Notes: generated by a model not told the origin, from the sequence alone. A DNA stretch of 64,000 nucleotides from the human T2T-CHM13v2.0 reference genome, Homo sapiens (GCF_009914755.1 NC_060939.1); one strand, 5' to 3'; positions 28,700-45,838 are shown, counted from the first letter of the stretch. A program made the numbers and translations.

Positions 28700-29220
28700 G
28701 TAATTTAAATGCAACCTATGAATGGAGGAGGGTAGGACATAGGGATGTTCTATCCTAACTGGAAGAGTGGAGAGAAAGCCCACTGCTCCTGGATCTAGGG
28801 AAATGTAGGGAGAATGAGTGGGTCAGAGGCAGAGTGGAGAAGTCAGCATGTTCTGAAGGGGCCCCCTTCAGTGAGGAACACTTATGATTGGCAATGGGAT
28901 GATGCTGTGTAGACCTAAACCTCCTGTCTCTTCTCTATGGTTAAGGCTTCCTCTATACCCAAACACCATTTTGAAGTAGGAGGAAATCTGAAATACTGAG
29001 TCTTTAAACCAAATAAGATGACTGAATCGCCTATAGCAATTTTGTTTACAATGGCCCTTCTGAGTTTACTAGATTGGACCAAAATGAACCACTCTTAACT
29101 CTTCTGCCCAAATGTTATGGGCTTGGGAGGAAGATTAGTTCAAACACGAAAACAAAGAAATGATATTTTTCTTTGCACATATAAGTATATTTTGAGTGTG
29201 TGTGGCACTCTCTTATACAC
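28700..29220 (+). mobile_element. Possible ancient LTR (MamGyp-like)
   Basis: TGTAA...TTATACA-bounded ~520-bp block resembling old LTR relics. Family uncertain. Confidence 0.25.
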
Positions 29221-29589
29221 AGAGAAGGAGACATGCCTCTCTCTCCTGAAAGCATTGGGTTAATGGTCATGAATGTGGGTTAAGTGTATGAGTCAGGAAG
29301 GCCTTGCCCCAAGATAACATTGGCTAACACACCCTGAAAATGGAAAATAGTCCTGTGTCCACTAAGGGTGGGGAAAGTGCCTGGTGGAGGCCAGGCCCCT
29401 GAGTGGCTTTTCTCTGGGGATTGACTCTGGCTGGGGAGGTTATGGGAGCTTCTCTAGCCATTTCCCTGTCGGGCTGTAAAGCACATTGTGGTTGACTCTC
29501 CACCTCTGTTCCACACCAGCTGGTTATTACAGCCCACTATTTTTCAGTCTTATTGTACTATAGTCTTGTAGTATTTTTAGTCTTATTTC

Positions 29590-29908
29590 CAGTAATTGGT
29601 TGAGGAATGGATAAACTTCCACTTATTTGAGCCAATGAAAGAAAAAAAATCTTTCTGGGGCCTTCTTGGAATGACATTCTGGCCTTCAGAGAGAGAAGTG
29701 ACATATTAGCCTAATGATCTGGATGGTGAAGTGGAGAGATGATAAAATAGGGTTTCAAATGGCAGGGTTGAGTCATTGGATCAACTGACCCAGGAGCCTG
29801 CCTCACCTCTAGACTCCCCCTAGAATGAACTAATCTATTTCTTTATAGTTTGAGTCTCTTGTAGGTGAGATTCAGTTATTTGTGGTGCCAAGTAAGCTGA
29901 CTAACACA
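29590..29908 (+). mobile_element. Old ERVL/MaLR LTR relic (LTR16/MLT1-like)
   Basis: gagccaatga...ttgagtcattggatcaa...cctctagact...gttatttgt...gactaacaca. Confidence 0.55.
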
Positions 29909-30172
29909 TAGGTCATTGATATTTTTCTCCACAGTAATTATGCAGAGAAACAAACTACTTTGATTACTGCTTTGATGCCAAGTATATATTCCACAGGACA
30001 TTTTCTAAAAATCTATTTGTAATGCTTCCAAGTAGATAAGGGATTTATTGGCATGGGAATTCTGGACATCTGATTCTGTTCCTGATTTTTTCTAGTAACC
30101 AGATGGACAAATATTGATTTCTCTAGATATCCCTTTCCTTAGTAGTGGAATAAAATCCTTAGACACAAATCT

Positions 30173-30340
30173 CATTGGTTCTTAAAGCTTAGTGTACATT
30201 TGAAAAAAATGGGTTGGAAGAGTGCTTAAAATGCAGTTTTTTGGGCCCCTCTTTAAAGAGTCTGATTGATTTTTAACAAGTACAGTACTAGAGATAATTC
30301 TAATACAAAGTGTTCAAAGGGCCACAGTGAGGAACTCTGA
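30173..30340. mobile_element. MER5-like hAT relic
   Basis: cattggttcttaaa...ttaaaatgcag...tgggccc...ttttaacaag...gaggaactctg. Confidence 0.55.
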
Positions 30341-30507
30341 ACTAAAGACACAGTTAAGATCTTTGCACGTTAGCTTGGGGCCTGATTTGTCTTATCCATC
30401 AACAATTGTTACCTGTACCATTGCTGTACTTTATTCTTCCCAGTTGTGAAGAAACCATGGATTTTAGCAATGAAATTTTATTGGGATGAATGACCAAATG
30501 TAGGGGC

Positions 30508-31230
30508 TTATAGAATCATCAAGCCGGAAAGAACCACAAGAGGTCAACACAGTTCACCTCCTTGCTTCTGGGACGGACTCCATCAAAAGCGCACAGACAA
30601 ATTGGTGTCTGCTTCTATTCACAGAGGGCTCAAGAAAGTGATGCCACATCTACCTGGAGTTGTTGGTCATGTAAACTCTTCCTAAGCAGATAGTTCTGGG
30701 AATGACATAGTCTGAGGAATCATATATTCTCATTTGATAATTTTCATATTAGCCTTGTATGAGTGTCTGATTATCAAATAATTGAGAAATAAAACATATT
30801 TGAAACTAATATTGTCCTGAGTGTAATTTAATCATTCGTGATTCAAAAGGGAATTCTTGACCTCATTAGGAATAATGCTTGAACTGGAAAAATAAGGAGG
30901 GCTGGTTAAATTGAAATTCACAATTGATAGAATGCTACCTAATGGAAGTTCTTCCTTATAGCTGGTTTAATGTCTTCCTGCTGCAATTTAAGCTGGTTTT
31001 CTCTTACTTTATCCTCTGTGGAGTGGGAATAAACTCTGATTACCATCCCCTCCATAACAATCCTTTATTCTTTTGAAGAGTTATTAACTTCCCCTTCAGA
31101 CTTCTCTTTTTAAGGCTAAAAAATTTCACTTCTTGTAACCTTTCCTCATATGTTTCATTTTTCAAACATTAATAATTTTCATTATGTATCCTTGGACTCA
31201 CTCCAAATTTTCCACATCTTTAAGCAGTGA
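30508..31230 (-). mobile_element. CR1/L3 LINE 3' fragments
   Basis: tagaatcatcaagccggaaagaacc...gaggtca and ggaagttcttcctt...tcctgctgcaatttaagc...cttctctttttaaggctaaa...aacctttcctcata, typical of antisense CR1. Confidence 0.65.
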
Positions 31231-31304
31231 TGTTGTAAATAGTACTAAAATAATAGCTCTGGTGGTTGCAGGGTGCAGTTTCCATGCACTTTGTTTGTAT
31301 GGAG

Positions 31305-31530
31305 AGACAGCACAGTGTAGGGGATGGCACATGGACTCTGGCATCAGGCTGCTTGGGTTCAAATCCCAATTCTGCCAACTTTGCAGGTTATTTAATCCCT
31401 GGGCTTCAGTTTCCTCATCTGTGAAATACGTATAATAACAGTACTTTGCCTCCTAGAGTTTTTAAGAGGATTAAACAAATCAAGTTGCATAAATAACTCA
31501 CAACAGTGCCTGGTACAGAGCTATTATCAT
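31305..31530 (+). mobile_element. MIR SINE
   Basis: ggactctggcatcaggctgcttgggttcaaatccca...cagtttcctcatctgtgaaat...acagtgcctgg. Confidence 0.85.
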
Positions 31531-32089
31531 GGAGGGAAAGTCATGGAAAAAAATGCAGAAAGAATATTAGCTTTCTAAAATAGCTAGTTTTATTCATACA
31601 GAAGGCAAGTTATATATAAATGGTTTAAGGATCACCAGCTATGGAACAAGAACTTTCTTGTTTGGAGTGAAAACTTTAAATGTTGCCTGTACTGATGGCT
31701 CTCAGGAACAAGGAAGGGCAGGATGCCTGGGTTCCAGGCTCTTCTCTGTTACTTGTTAGCTATGTAATTTAAGGAGGTTCCCTGAAATGTTTTGAGACTT
31801 AGTGAATGCATCTGTGAAATATGAATAACACAATTCATCCACCTAAATTATATGGTTTTCAGTTTCTTTTAGGTATCTAATATGTAGGTTTCTGATACTA
31901 AGTTTTGGTTAAGAGTTGATGGGAGGTTTGGAGAATGAAGCCGTAAATCCTAACAAGTAACAATCTACTGAAAAAGAGAGGAGAAAAGGATGAAACATAA
32001 ATGAATCTCCTTTCTAAATATCAAAATCCAACGGCAGGGCTTGTATCCAGGTTGGTTTTAAAAGCATGATTTCCCATCTTATTTGGAGA

Positions 32090-32330
32090 TAATATGGTGC
32101 AGTGGTTTTAGAGTATAGGCACTGGCGTTGAGTTAAATTTAGATTTTTGACTATGGAAAACTTACCTAAGTAAATCAGATTACTTATCTTCCTTTGGCCT
32201 CAACTGTCTTATCTTTAAAGTGGTGATATTTATGCCTACTTTGCAGGGTTGGTTTAAGAATATAAACAAGATAATATGTGTGAAGCACTTAGCAGAGTGA
32301 CGGCACATCTTAAATCCTGAACAAATGGTC
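32090..32330 (+). mobile_element. MIR SINE
   Basis: atggtgcagtggtttagag...gcctca...tctttaaagtgg...aagcacttagcagagtg. Confidence 0.7.
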
Positions 32331-32859
32331 CCTTATATGATACCTCTGGTTTTTTTTTTTTTTTTGGTTTTGGGGGCGCGGTTCTAGAATTTAAAATAAT
32401 TAACTCTTCTTGGCCTTTCTGAACACATGCCTGTCCGAATGTTATGTTTGGGGTACACCCATGAGTGCGTTGGGTTTGGGGCAGTGAAAGTTCAAGTTAT
32501 TAAGTATGAGCAGGTTGTGGGATGGCAATACCCCCTTTCCAAATTTGAGCACATTTGCTTAGATGAAGTGCTGGCAGGGGTTGGGGGCAGCCCCGGAGGA
32601 GAACTGAGGATGGGGAGGCAAAACTTGAAGCCACATATGATAATGCAAACCACATTTCCTGGCTCCACCACTTAGTTCTTTCCCTTGGGAAATTTTTACT
32701 GGTATTTTGCCTTACTGCGAGTCTTTGCACTTCCTGTTATGAACTGGTTAAGAAGATAATTATAACGTGGTTATGGGAAACGGTAATGAAATATACCTCA
32801 CTATACAGCAAGAGAGATTAAGACCTCTGCCATTTGGGAGGACAGTAAAAGCAAGTTAT

Positions 32860-34050
32860 TATTTTTAAATAACATTTATTACTTATTAAATTATAAAGAA
32901 TTCTGTCTTATTTTAGACATTTTTGAAAAACACCGAAACATAAGGACTATTAAAATGACAACTCTTCCCAACTCTCAGTAATAATTACTGTTCACATTTT
33001 GTCATTTTTTTCTTTTCTTAATCTTTTTTTGTGATCGCATATGTATTTATGCATATATTATTATAAATGATGTATAATGTTGAAATATTTTATATACTAT
33101 TAAATAAAATCTGTATAAATATATACACATATAAATATAAATATGTGTATACATACATAATTTTTCACCCTGTTTTAATGGCATTGTGTGGTAAACATTT
33201 CCTCACATAATTACATATTTCTAGAAAGTACATGATATTTCATTTTATGGTTGTCATATGATTTTTGTAACCAGATTGACATTTACATTATTATAATATT
33301 TTGATGTTATAAATGAAGCTGCAATGAGAATTCTTTCTCAAAAATTGCTATGAATATCTGTGGTTATTTATTTGGGATAAATTTCTCCTCAAATACATTA
33401 AAGTTCCCTACGTGAGGCCAAAGTAACTTCTGGGAAGATGGTAGCATGTTACAGTTTGCTAGCAATGTATGCGAGTTCGTACTTTACTTCATTATCATGA
33501 GATTAACAATCATGGTTTTGAATCTTTGTTAGTTTGCTACATTAAAAAATAGTTGAACATTATTTTTGGAAGGTGTATGTGTGTACCCGTGTTGTTTTTT
33601 GTTTTAAATAGGTGAATGTGAAAGGATTTTTGGTCTTTTGTATTTCTTTAATTTATTTATTTCTATTATGCCCTATGACCATAAATGAGATGTTTTTACT
33701 TATTTTCATATAAAAGTTTATATATTATATACACTTGTATATGAGTGTTTGTGTGTATATGTCCGTTTAAGGTATATTGCCTGTCATACATATTACAAAC
33801 ATTTCCCTGTAGTTTTTTATTTGCATTTGCGTCTTGTTGATGGTATTATTTTGATATGACTTTTTCAAATTTATTATGTTCAACTCATCAATACTGTTCT
33901 TGGTGTTTTTAATGCTTATAAATTCCTAAAATCAATGTATTACTTTATTTTATAAAAAAGATCAATTTTATGGCTTATTTTTATTTGTAAAATAAAAGCC
34001 TTTAATCCATCTAGAATTTATTTGGGTGTAGTATACATAATATTGTGCCA
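32860..34050 (-). mobile_element. Very old L1 (L1ME-type) relic
   Basis: AT-rich. ttataaatgaagctgcaatga...ttgggataaatt...tttaatccatctagaatttattt. Confidence 0.55.
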
Positions 34051-35699
34051 ATTAATCATCTTTTCTTTTTGCATAAGTCTAAAGATGTTCTTCTTCTTTT
34101 GGTAAGAAACAAAGATTTCCCTAAGCCAAGCAAAGGCTACAGAAGCAAAGAAATTTGTCTCTCGTTGGCTGCAGGCCATCTGAGGTGGGACAGAAAGGCT
34201 AAGTGACTGGCCCCTGGCTCCAAGGGAGTTTTAATCCATGGGCCAATGTTGGTATAGCAGAGCTGGTCTGCTTCTGTATTAAGAGAAAGGAATTTAGACA
34301 CTTATGCTCTCAAGGTTCCTAGTAAAGTCATAGAGGCAACAATCTTCTGTTGATTGAATTTTAACTTAATTTAATTTAATTTCCTTGCCAATCACAGATG
34401 GTGTCATCCAGCAGCTAGAGGCTAAAAAGGGGCACTCTACAAACCGAATGAAAACATGTTGACTTATAATGAGAAGCACAAGCAAATGGAAGCAAAAGTG
34501 TGACAGTCAACAGTGAGTTGCAGCGTGAATTCTCAGGATAGCAAAGGCCTGGACTGCTCACCAAGTGCTTTGTGCAAGTTTGAACAGCCACAGCAATGTC
34601 ATCTAAAACGACTGTTCTCAGGGTTAGACTCTACTAGGGTGGGTTCAAAAACATTAAACAAAAATGATGAAGGAAAAGTATTAGAGTGTTCTTAAATGAG
34701 TAGCATCGGTACGGTTAAAATTATGTTTGATTAGAAATAGACAAATATTTAGCTAGGAGTGGAATTTTATCTCATTCCAAAGCAAGAGGGGAGAAACATC
34801 TGGCTTTGTTGATTGTGCTTTGGTGTTATCATTTAATCATATTTATTACAATATATTACCATATTTGATGTTTGATAATTTATGTTGCCCCAAATTACGA
34901 GGCTGTCTCTTTCTAATGAAATGATAAGGGTAGGTGATTGGAGTCTCATGTGGAGAGAAGGCACTCATGCCACGGAGAGAGTTTGAGGGGAGGGGTTCTG
35001 AATCATCTTAGGCCCTCTGTCTCCAGATATGTTATGCATTCACCCAGTTAACAGCCATTTCCTGTAATCAGTAAAAGCTCCTGATGAAGATGGAATCAAG
35101 AGGTTTCTGTTTGTGTTGCTTCTAATCAGCCCACACAACGGATAGGTCAGGGAAGAAGCTATGTTCCCCCGGTGTTGGAAAACAACCCTGAGCTCTCACC
35201 CCAGCTGCGGTGGTTATCTTTATTGCAGACCGCAGAAGCTCAGGCCTGGGCCATTTTCTGATGCCACTGATATGATGATACTTTCTTTCTATCAGTCTTT
35301 GCTGGAGATTTTGATGTTTCAAGCCATATTCAACAGGATATGAACTCACCATTGTTCATTTTTTTTCCAATTTTGGAGAATAAATGGTATGCTTTCACGA
35401 AAATTTGTTAAAACGCAACCCTGATAAGCAAGTGGATCTAAAGGTGGCTGTCAGATATCCCTTTTTAAAATAGAAAACCTGCACTTTGAAATGCTCGAAT
35501 TGTACTATTTTCTATACCCTTGTAACAGGTCAGGTGCCACAGCTTGATGAACGAGATAGAATCGCACAATGGGATCAAAGGGACAGCCAGCCCAGTTTAT
35601 TTCCAGAGGAAAAGCTTACCAGGACACAAAGGAGGAAAAAAGACTCGGCTTGAAACCAATTCTTCCCTGAAGTACAAATGTAAGAGAAAAGACATCACC

Positions 35700-36650
35700 A
35701 GGAGCAGTTACGTCTATGGCAATCGTAGCTCTGTAAGCCTGGCCTGCTCACGTGGAAGTAAATTATTTGATGAGCTGGGGAAATATAAGCAGTTTGTGTG
35801 GATTAAAAGGAAATCCTCACCCAAACTATATCTTTAAAAATTATCTAGATAATTCAGGTGAAAGCAGGCTTTCTCCCTTGTGAATTATTAAAGTAATTGA
35901 TTACATCCATCTGCTCCTCGTCAGAGAATTCAAGGGCCAAATGCTTTTTCGGCGTCTCCTTTTCTATCCTTCCCTTTCATGTGACTTACTCTTGTCTGAA
36001 TCAGGAGTTTCTGTGAATAATCACCGGCCAGCTGTCACCGGTTCTCTTTTCACCTGTTCTCTTTGCAAATCTGAGCAATCCAAACCTGCAGGGGTAACAT
36101 TCCCCAACTGACTGAGAGTACATAAGTGGTTCTTCAGCTCTGAGATGATCCTATCATTGGCTGCTTTAAAATTTGTGATTAGTCTGCTTTTTGGGCATGT
36201 GAAATATAATTGGTGGTGCAGATAAACTTTTATTCACCAGAGAGAGCTTATTACAGAGCTGCTTGTCATGACACGTGGAAACTCAGGAAACTTCTGTGGA
36301 GTCTCTGTGTGGCGATTCTGGCCAGAATGGTCGTATGTTTTCAAGATGCTAACTCTAGTTTCCCCAAAGCTGTCTTTTGCCTGCTGGCTTTGGTCCTATT
36401 CCACGTGACTGTGGAGTGCCTCAAACTCAAGACAGCAAATGGGAAAGGAACAGGATCTGGCTCCTGGGAATGGCCTGCTACCTGACAAGGTGCCCTGATC
36501 AGCTGAGTGCTAAAAACCCCGTGCTGCCCTGTGAGCCTACACGTCGGGTGAATGATCTCCAGCTGGATACATAGGGGGATGCAGGGTTAAAATGGAAGTA
36601 TTTGTTTCAATTTAATTAAACATTTTAGCCAAAATTCTACGTAAGCTGTG
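35700..36650. promoter_or_regulatory. Candidate enhancer with clustered CACGTG E-boxes
   Basis: CACGTG at 35749, 36272 and 36402, each within CACGTGGAA. CpG retention in unique sequence. Confidence 0.4.
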
Positions 36651-36659
36651 TTATATGTA

Positions 36660-36870
36660 AACTTGAAACCCAAACCCCTGGTTTCAGTTGCCCCCTCTTA
36701 TAATTATGAGGTTCATAATCTTGGCCTTGGATAAATCATATAAGTTCTTTGAGCCATAGGTTTTCCATCTGTAAAGTGGGGATAATGGTTCCTGCCAGGC
36801 CTCTCTGGGTTGTCATGAAATTTGAATGAGAACCTGAAAGCAATTAGGGAGCTCTAAGCAAGCTGTGTAA
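36660..36870 (+). mobile_element. MIR SINE
   Basis: ccttggataaatca...tctttgagcc...catctgtaaagtggggataat. Confidence 0.7.
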
Positions 36871-36897
36871 CTATATGACAAACGGGTGCGTGGTTTA

Positions 36898-37115
36898 GAA
36901 TAATAATGTGTATTGAGCACTTACTATGTGTGAGGCATTGGTCTACCTTACATGTAGTCACTCACTTAGTTGTCATCACAACCCCATGAGATGGATACTA
37001 TGATTGTTTGTTCCACCTTTCATGATGGAGAAAGTAAGGCAGAATGGTTAAGTAACTTGTCTTAGGTGGCCCAGCAGAGAAGTGGCCTGGCTCTGGAGTC
37101 TGAGCTCTTAATTTC
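36898..37115 (-). mobile_element. MIR SINE
   Basis: tattgagcacttactatgtg...acaaccccatgaga...ggttaagtaacttg. Confidence 0.8.
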
Positions 37116-38169
37116 TGTATACCTATAGCACCTTCTACATCAGCTTTCTAGGAGCAGTGTGTATTGGTAAGTGGATACAAGTCCTTGAGAAGTACCAGTC
37201 TAGTCCTTGTTTTGGTTAAATTGGCTAATTGACTAATAACAGTAGAGGCCTTCTCTAGCATGGGATACCCAAAGCTTCAATCAGGTAGGACCACTAGGCA
37301 TGGTAGCTGCTGTCAGGATCAGTATAGCCACCTGAGTGCCACCTCCACCTCCCTCCCAACTTCTTCCCCACTCTTCTGGCTCTGCCAGGAAACTATGGTG
37401 CAACACTGTCAGGCTGCATGGGAGGAGGAGAGCACAGACTAGGAACCCCATGGGGTTGTCCTTGAATTAGTCCTTCTTCCTGACTTTCAGGATTCAGCCA
37501 TGAATACTGCCCCCTGAGGGAGCAGGAACCAGCACATTGTCCTGTACTCCAAGTGGGGTTCATACCCCCTTCCTTTTGTCTTCAGGAATTCTATAGCGAT
37601 TCTTCCCGATTAAATACATGCCGGTCAATTAGGAGCTTATGGGCTCAAATCCATGAGGCCTGATGATTGACTCTCCTTGGTCCATCTTTCTCAGCAGGAA
37701 CAGACAAATCATCAGGAATTTGAACATGTGTCTTTTAAACCCACCTTCCTTTGCTGCTTGCTATGCATGATGAAATTTCACATGAGAAATCATGAGATCC
37801 TCGCAAGATGCTCTTTGTTTGCCAATGAATTTTGATTTGGTTTTAGAAAAGTGGAAAGTGCAAATAGAATTAGGTTTGAAAATTATTCAAGAATCATTTT
37901 AATGCTCCCAGGAGATTGGTCTGCTAACTCACATAGATTTCTGCTCTCTGTCAGAATTTAGCCACTTCAAGGAAGCTTTTGTTTAGAAAGAGGTAAAATC
38001 TTTTAGAGAGAGATCACTTGTGAATTATTTGACAATTGCTCGTATTTGCTTAATGTTCTAGAGAGACATAACAGGGTATTTGAGATTTTACATTTTATAT
38101 AATGTGACTTCTGAAAATGTATTTTGGTTTCCTTTTTGAAAGATTTTTGCCTTTATAAAAATGATAATG

Positions 38170-38390
38170 AATTATAATAGCTCTAATTATTAGCCACATT
38201 CTCTGTTAGACACTTTATACAATCTCTGTTATTCTTCCCAGCAATCTTTGCAATGTAGAGATTATAATTTTATTTTATTTATGATAAAACTTTATGTGTC
38301 CTCTCAGAGAGATTAAGTAACTTGCAGAGGATCATAGAGCTGATTGTCAGTTAAGCTGGAATTCAAATCCTAGTCATTGTAACTCTAACC
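38170..38390 (-). mobile_element. MIR SINE
   Basis: ctcagagagattaagtaacttg...gctggaattcaaatcc. Confidence 0.7.
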
Positions 38391-38629
38391 CCACAGCATC
38401 TTAGACCTGTTGGCCCCTCAGAAGGAAGGGTGGGCCTAGAACTTCAGTGCTACCCCTTCTCTGACATCACTAGTTACTAAATCTGCAATCAGCCTCAGCC
38501 TGTGCTTGGTCAACTGTAGCTAGGAGCAGCCAGGAATCTTAAAGGGCCTCTAGAGAGAATTCCCAAATAGGTTCCTTTCCCTCTGAATTAGTAGATAGGC
38601 AGGTCTTTGGCTCATTTGGAGGGTAGGTT

Positions 38630-38820
38630 AGCAGGGCATAATGGTTAAGTGCTCAGGTCCTGGAGTTAGTCAGACTTGGTTCAACTCTCAGCTTTATCAA
38701 TCTGGGCAAGTTTCTTATTCTCTTACTATATAGTTTATGAGAGTTAGACAGAGGATTGCAGGTAAAGCATGTAGCTAATGCCTGGCGTGTGGTGGGCTCA
38801 ATAATGTCATTTATTATTAT
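38630..38820 (+). mobile_element. MIR SINE
   Basis: gcataatggttaag...ctggag...cagacttggttcaa...gtaaagca...tgcctggc. Confidence 0.7.
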
Positions 38821-39109
38821 TGTTCTATGTTGCTGTAGAGGGAGAAAAAGCTCAGACTGTAGGTTTATTCATACTGTTTCCTTGTTTCTTCTATGCACTA
38901 AAGTCCCTTAAATAGTTAACCATTGGAAAACTGTGTATTTTAGAAGAAGAAGAAGGTAGATTTTAGCTTAAAAGCATTCATTTCAGACTATATTGCTAAC
39001 TAATGGCAGAATCAAGAATGAAGACACAGGACTTCAGACTCCATTTCCATGATTTTCTTTACCACACAAAGGCAGGAACCTTCCAGGTGTCTGGCAATAC
39101 CACCAGTAT

Positions 39110-39300
39110 AATGATAAGAAACATTTATGTTGCACCTATGGTGCTGATCACTTTACACACCTGACCTGACCTAATCCTCATCACAGCCTATGAAGTAGAT
39201 AGCTCCATGCAGATGAGGAAACTGAGCCTTGGAGAAATTAAACAGCCTCAGGTCCCAAGATACATGAATGTAATCCAGGATCCAAACTGTCTGTCTTTGA
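39110..39300 (-). mobile_element. MIR SINE
   Basis: taatcctcatcacagcctatgaagtag...cagatgaggaaactgag. Confidence 0.75.
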
Positions 39301-40584
39301 TACTGAGACTTTACAGTGCAGTACCTGCTGGTGTAATTCCTTCTGGAATCAATAAGCCTATAGATCTGAGTAAGAAACCACCACTGATGTGATCATTGAG
39401 ACACCACTTAGAGTGAAGCCAGTCCCTTTCTCTCAAAGTGGAGCACATGAAGCTCTGGAGGGAACTGGTCTGTGGGCTGGGGCTCAAGGAATTGCATGGA
39501 AATAGGGGGAAACCTATGCTTTTTATATGAAAGCAAATGGATATTGTGGAATAAGATGCTAAATTTACATGAATATTAAAGAATAAACAGGAGGCTTTGA
39601 CTACATTTTGAGCTTTTAAATTTTGTTTCTGAACCTCCAGAGACTCAAGCTTACTGGCTATTGGTGTCAGGAACACTCCCATGAAAGAGTTTTGGAAATC
39701 CTGACTCAGCCAGTCCACAAAGTTCACTTCTTGCTTTGGCAAATGAACACACACAAAAAATCACTGAGCTACGATTGCTTTTTGCAACTCGTTGCAGCAA
39801 GAAGCTGTTGGCCATTGATTAGCAATGGGCACATTTTTCACCAAAGGCTTTGCCCTCCCTTTGCTTCGCTAATCCTGTTTGCAAGCATTTCCCCACAGAG
39901 ATCGCTACTTCCTCATAATGAATAAGCTCGCACTTGTGAGTTCAAACTGGCAAATTGCCACCAGACATTTATTAGCTCTGGATTAATGGATCAAGACTCA
40001 AACTTTCTAGTTAAAAGAACAAGACAAGCCCTTAGGATTCAAGACTCTTTAAAAAAATCCTCATTCACTTGGCATTACCATTTCTTGCAGTCCTTCCTCT
40101 CCCTTGTAGGGTTCGATTTGTCAGTAAAGCAGTGGAAAGGACTTATTTTTCAGCCATTTTGGATCAGAGAAAATTGTTGATCTTAGTTGTTCATGTTTTC
40201 CTGGGACTTTTAAATGGGACTGGTGTTCTGGCAGAAATTACTGGAATATGCTAGGTGGAAGGAGACTAACATTGCCATGACATCATGGGCTCAAAGGGGC
40301 AGGTAGAGGCAAGGTTGGGAGGGTGATCCTCCTGGAGAAGAAAAAGACTCAAGGGGCTGTGTGAATTGTCCAAAGACTGCTGGCAGGCTGAGCTGGAGGA
40401 AGAAAGGTCACCCTTATTCTTACAGCTACAAAGAGCTGTGCAGAGACTCCTGAGTGGGACCCTGGGAGACAGATTTTGGTTCAGAAAGAAAATGGAATTT
40501 CTGGAATAGTCAAAGAGGCTCAGAATTAGAATGGCTACTTCAGAAGGCATTAGCTCTTCATTCTTAGAGGGAAGAGGGTGGGCA

Positions 40585-40612
40585 GAGAGAGAGAGAGAAA
40601 GAGAGAGAGAGA
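40585..40612. repeat. (GA)n microsatellite
   Basis: Directly visible. Confidence 0.9.
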
Positions 40613-41947
40613 CTTGCTTTAGTGAGCATATACTGTGTGCGGAATCTTTCATAGGTTATTTCTTTTCATCTTCTCAACACCATTGTAAACTCCATACTAT
40701 TGCTCTCATTGTATACAGAAGGGAAAGACTCTCTAAGAGCTGCAGTCAGGGGTGGAGGCTTAGTTCACCTGATTGATCCGAGATAAGCAGGTTCACTGTT
40801 AGAGAGGGAGACTGTGTAGCATTTCAGGTTTTCACAATGTACAGGTTAGTTACTAGGGCTAAGTGATGATATTTGGACTTGCCCATTGGCAGCTTAAGTG
40901 ACACAGAATTGAAGATTGTTCAGTTTGGGATGGTCAAGTAGCTGTAATCCAGGTCATCTCTCTGGATGCTGAAGCCATCAAGAAAGATGCACTGCATTCT
41001 GAGACCATAGTTAGAATCATAAGGGAGAAGGTGCAATCACCATGCTGAAGCTTGCAGGATAGGGAGAAGGGGATAGTGCTGGCTGTAGAAAAAATACTGT
41101 TGACATTTGGCAAAGAAACAATGATTTGGAAGCTCCCTTAGGAGTTTAATAAAAAGCTGTCTCCTGTCCATTAATATCCTAAACATTAATTGGCTGAGTG
41201 TGCAGAACTATAATGCTTACAGTCAATGGGGGATAAAAAAGCAAAGAATATCGCTTCTGTCTTCAAGGGTTCTGCCTTCTGATTTGTTAGACAAGACAGA
41301 CATTCATGCAACAAAGGAAGGTTACAAGGGTCTTAAGTTTAGAGGAGACTTTTGCACTTTTGAGCTTGGACTTTGACAGAGATTGACGAGGATGAGGCAG
41401 ATGGGCACTGAAGGGAAGGATCCTCAAGGATTCTATTCCAGGGAAATGATTCGAGCAATACCACTGAGGGGACAATCAGCAAGATATGCTCAGGTGGTGG
41501 TCGGTGAGTTTCCCTGGAATAGAACGGACTGAGTTGGTGCATGATATAATATATGGAGGGTTTTGAACTCTACTCAAATGAAGCTGAACATCTTGAGTCA
41601 AACCCCAATTCTGTGGCAATGGTCTCCAAATGAGGAAAAAAGATGAAAAGATCTTAGGCATCAGGGTACAATTTGAAGGAAAGTTCATTTTCTCTCTGTT
41701 TTCGCTACTACTTTGTAGTAGACAATTTTCTTTTTTTTTATTATTATACTTTAAGTTTTAGGGTACATGTGCACATTGTGCAGGTTAGTTACATATGTAT
41801 ACATGTGCCATGCTGGTGCGCTGCACCCACTAACTCGTCATCTAGCATTAGGTATATCTCCCGATGCTATCCCTCCCCCCTCCCCCCACCCCACAACAGT
41901 CCCCAGAGTGTGATATTCCCCTTCCTGTGTCCATTTGATCTCATTGT

Positions 41948-45790
<3,843 letters not shown>

Positions 45791-45838
45791 TTATTCTGCT
45801 CGTTAGTTGATGCAGTTTCTTCCTAGTCTCGATGGTCT

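Noticed and set aside
35122-36574. Several 60-97 aa ORFs in the CpG-retaining block
   Set aside because: No recognisable protein similarity or consistent splice structure; lengths are expected by chance.
37506-37520. CTCF-like motif CCCTCAGGGGGCAGT (- strand)
   Set aside because: Mismatches in the 5' core; a single weak match is not enough.
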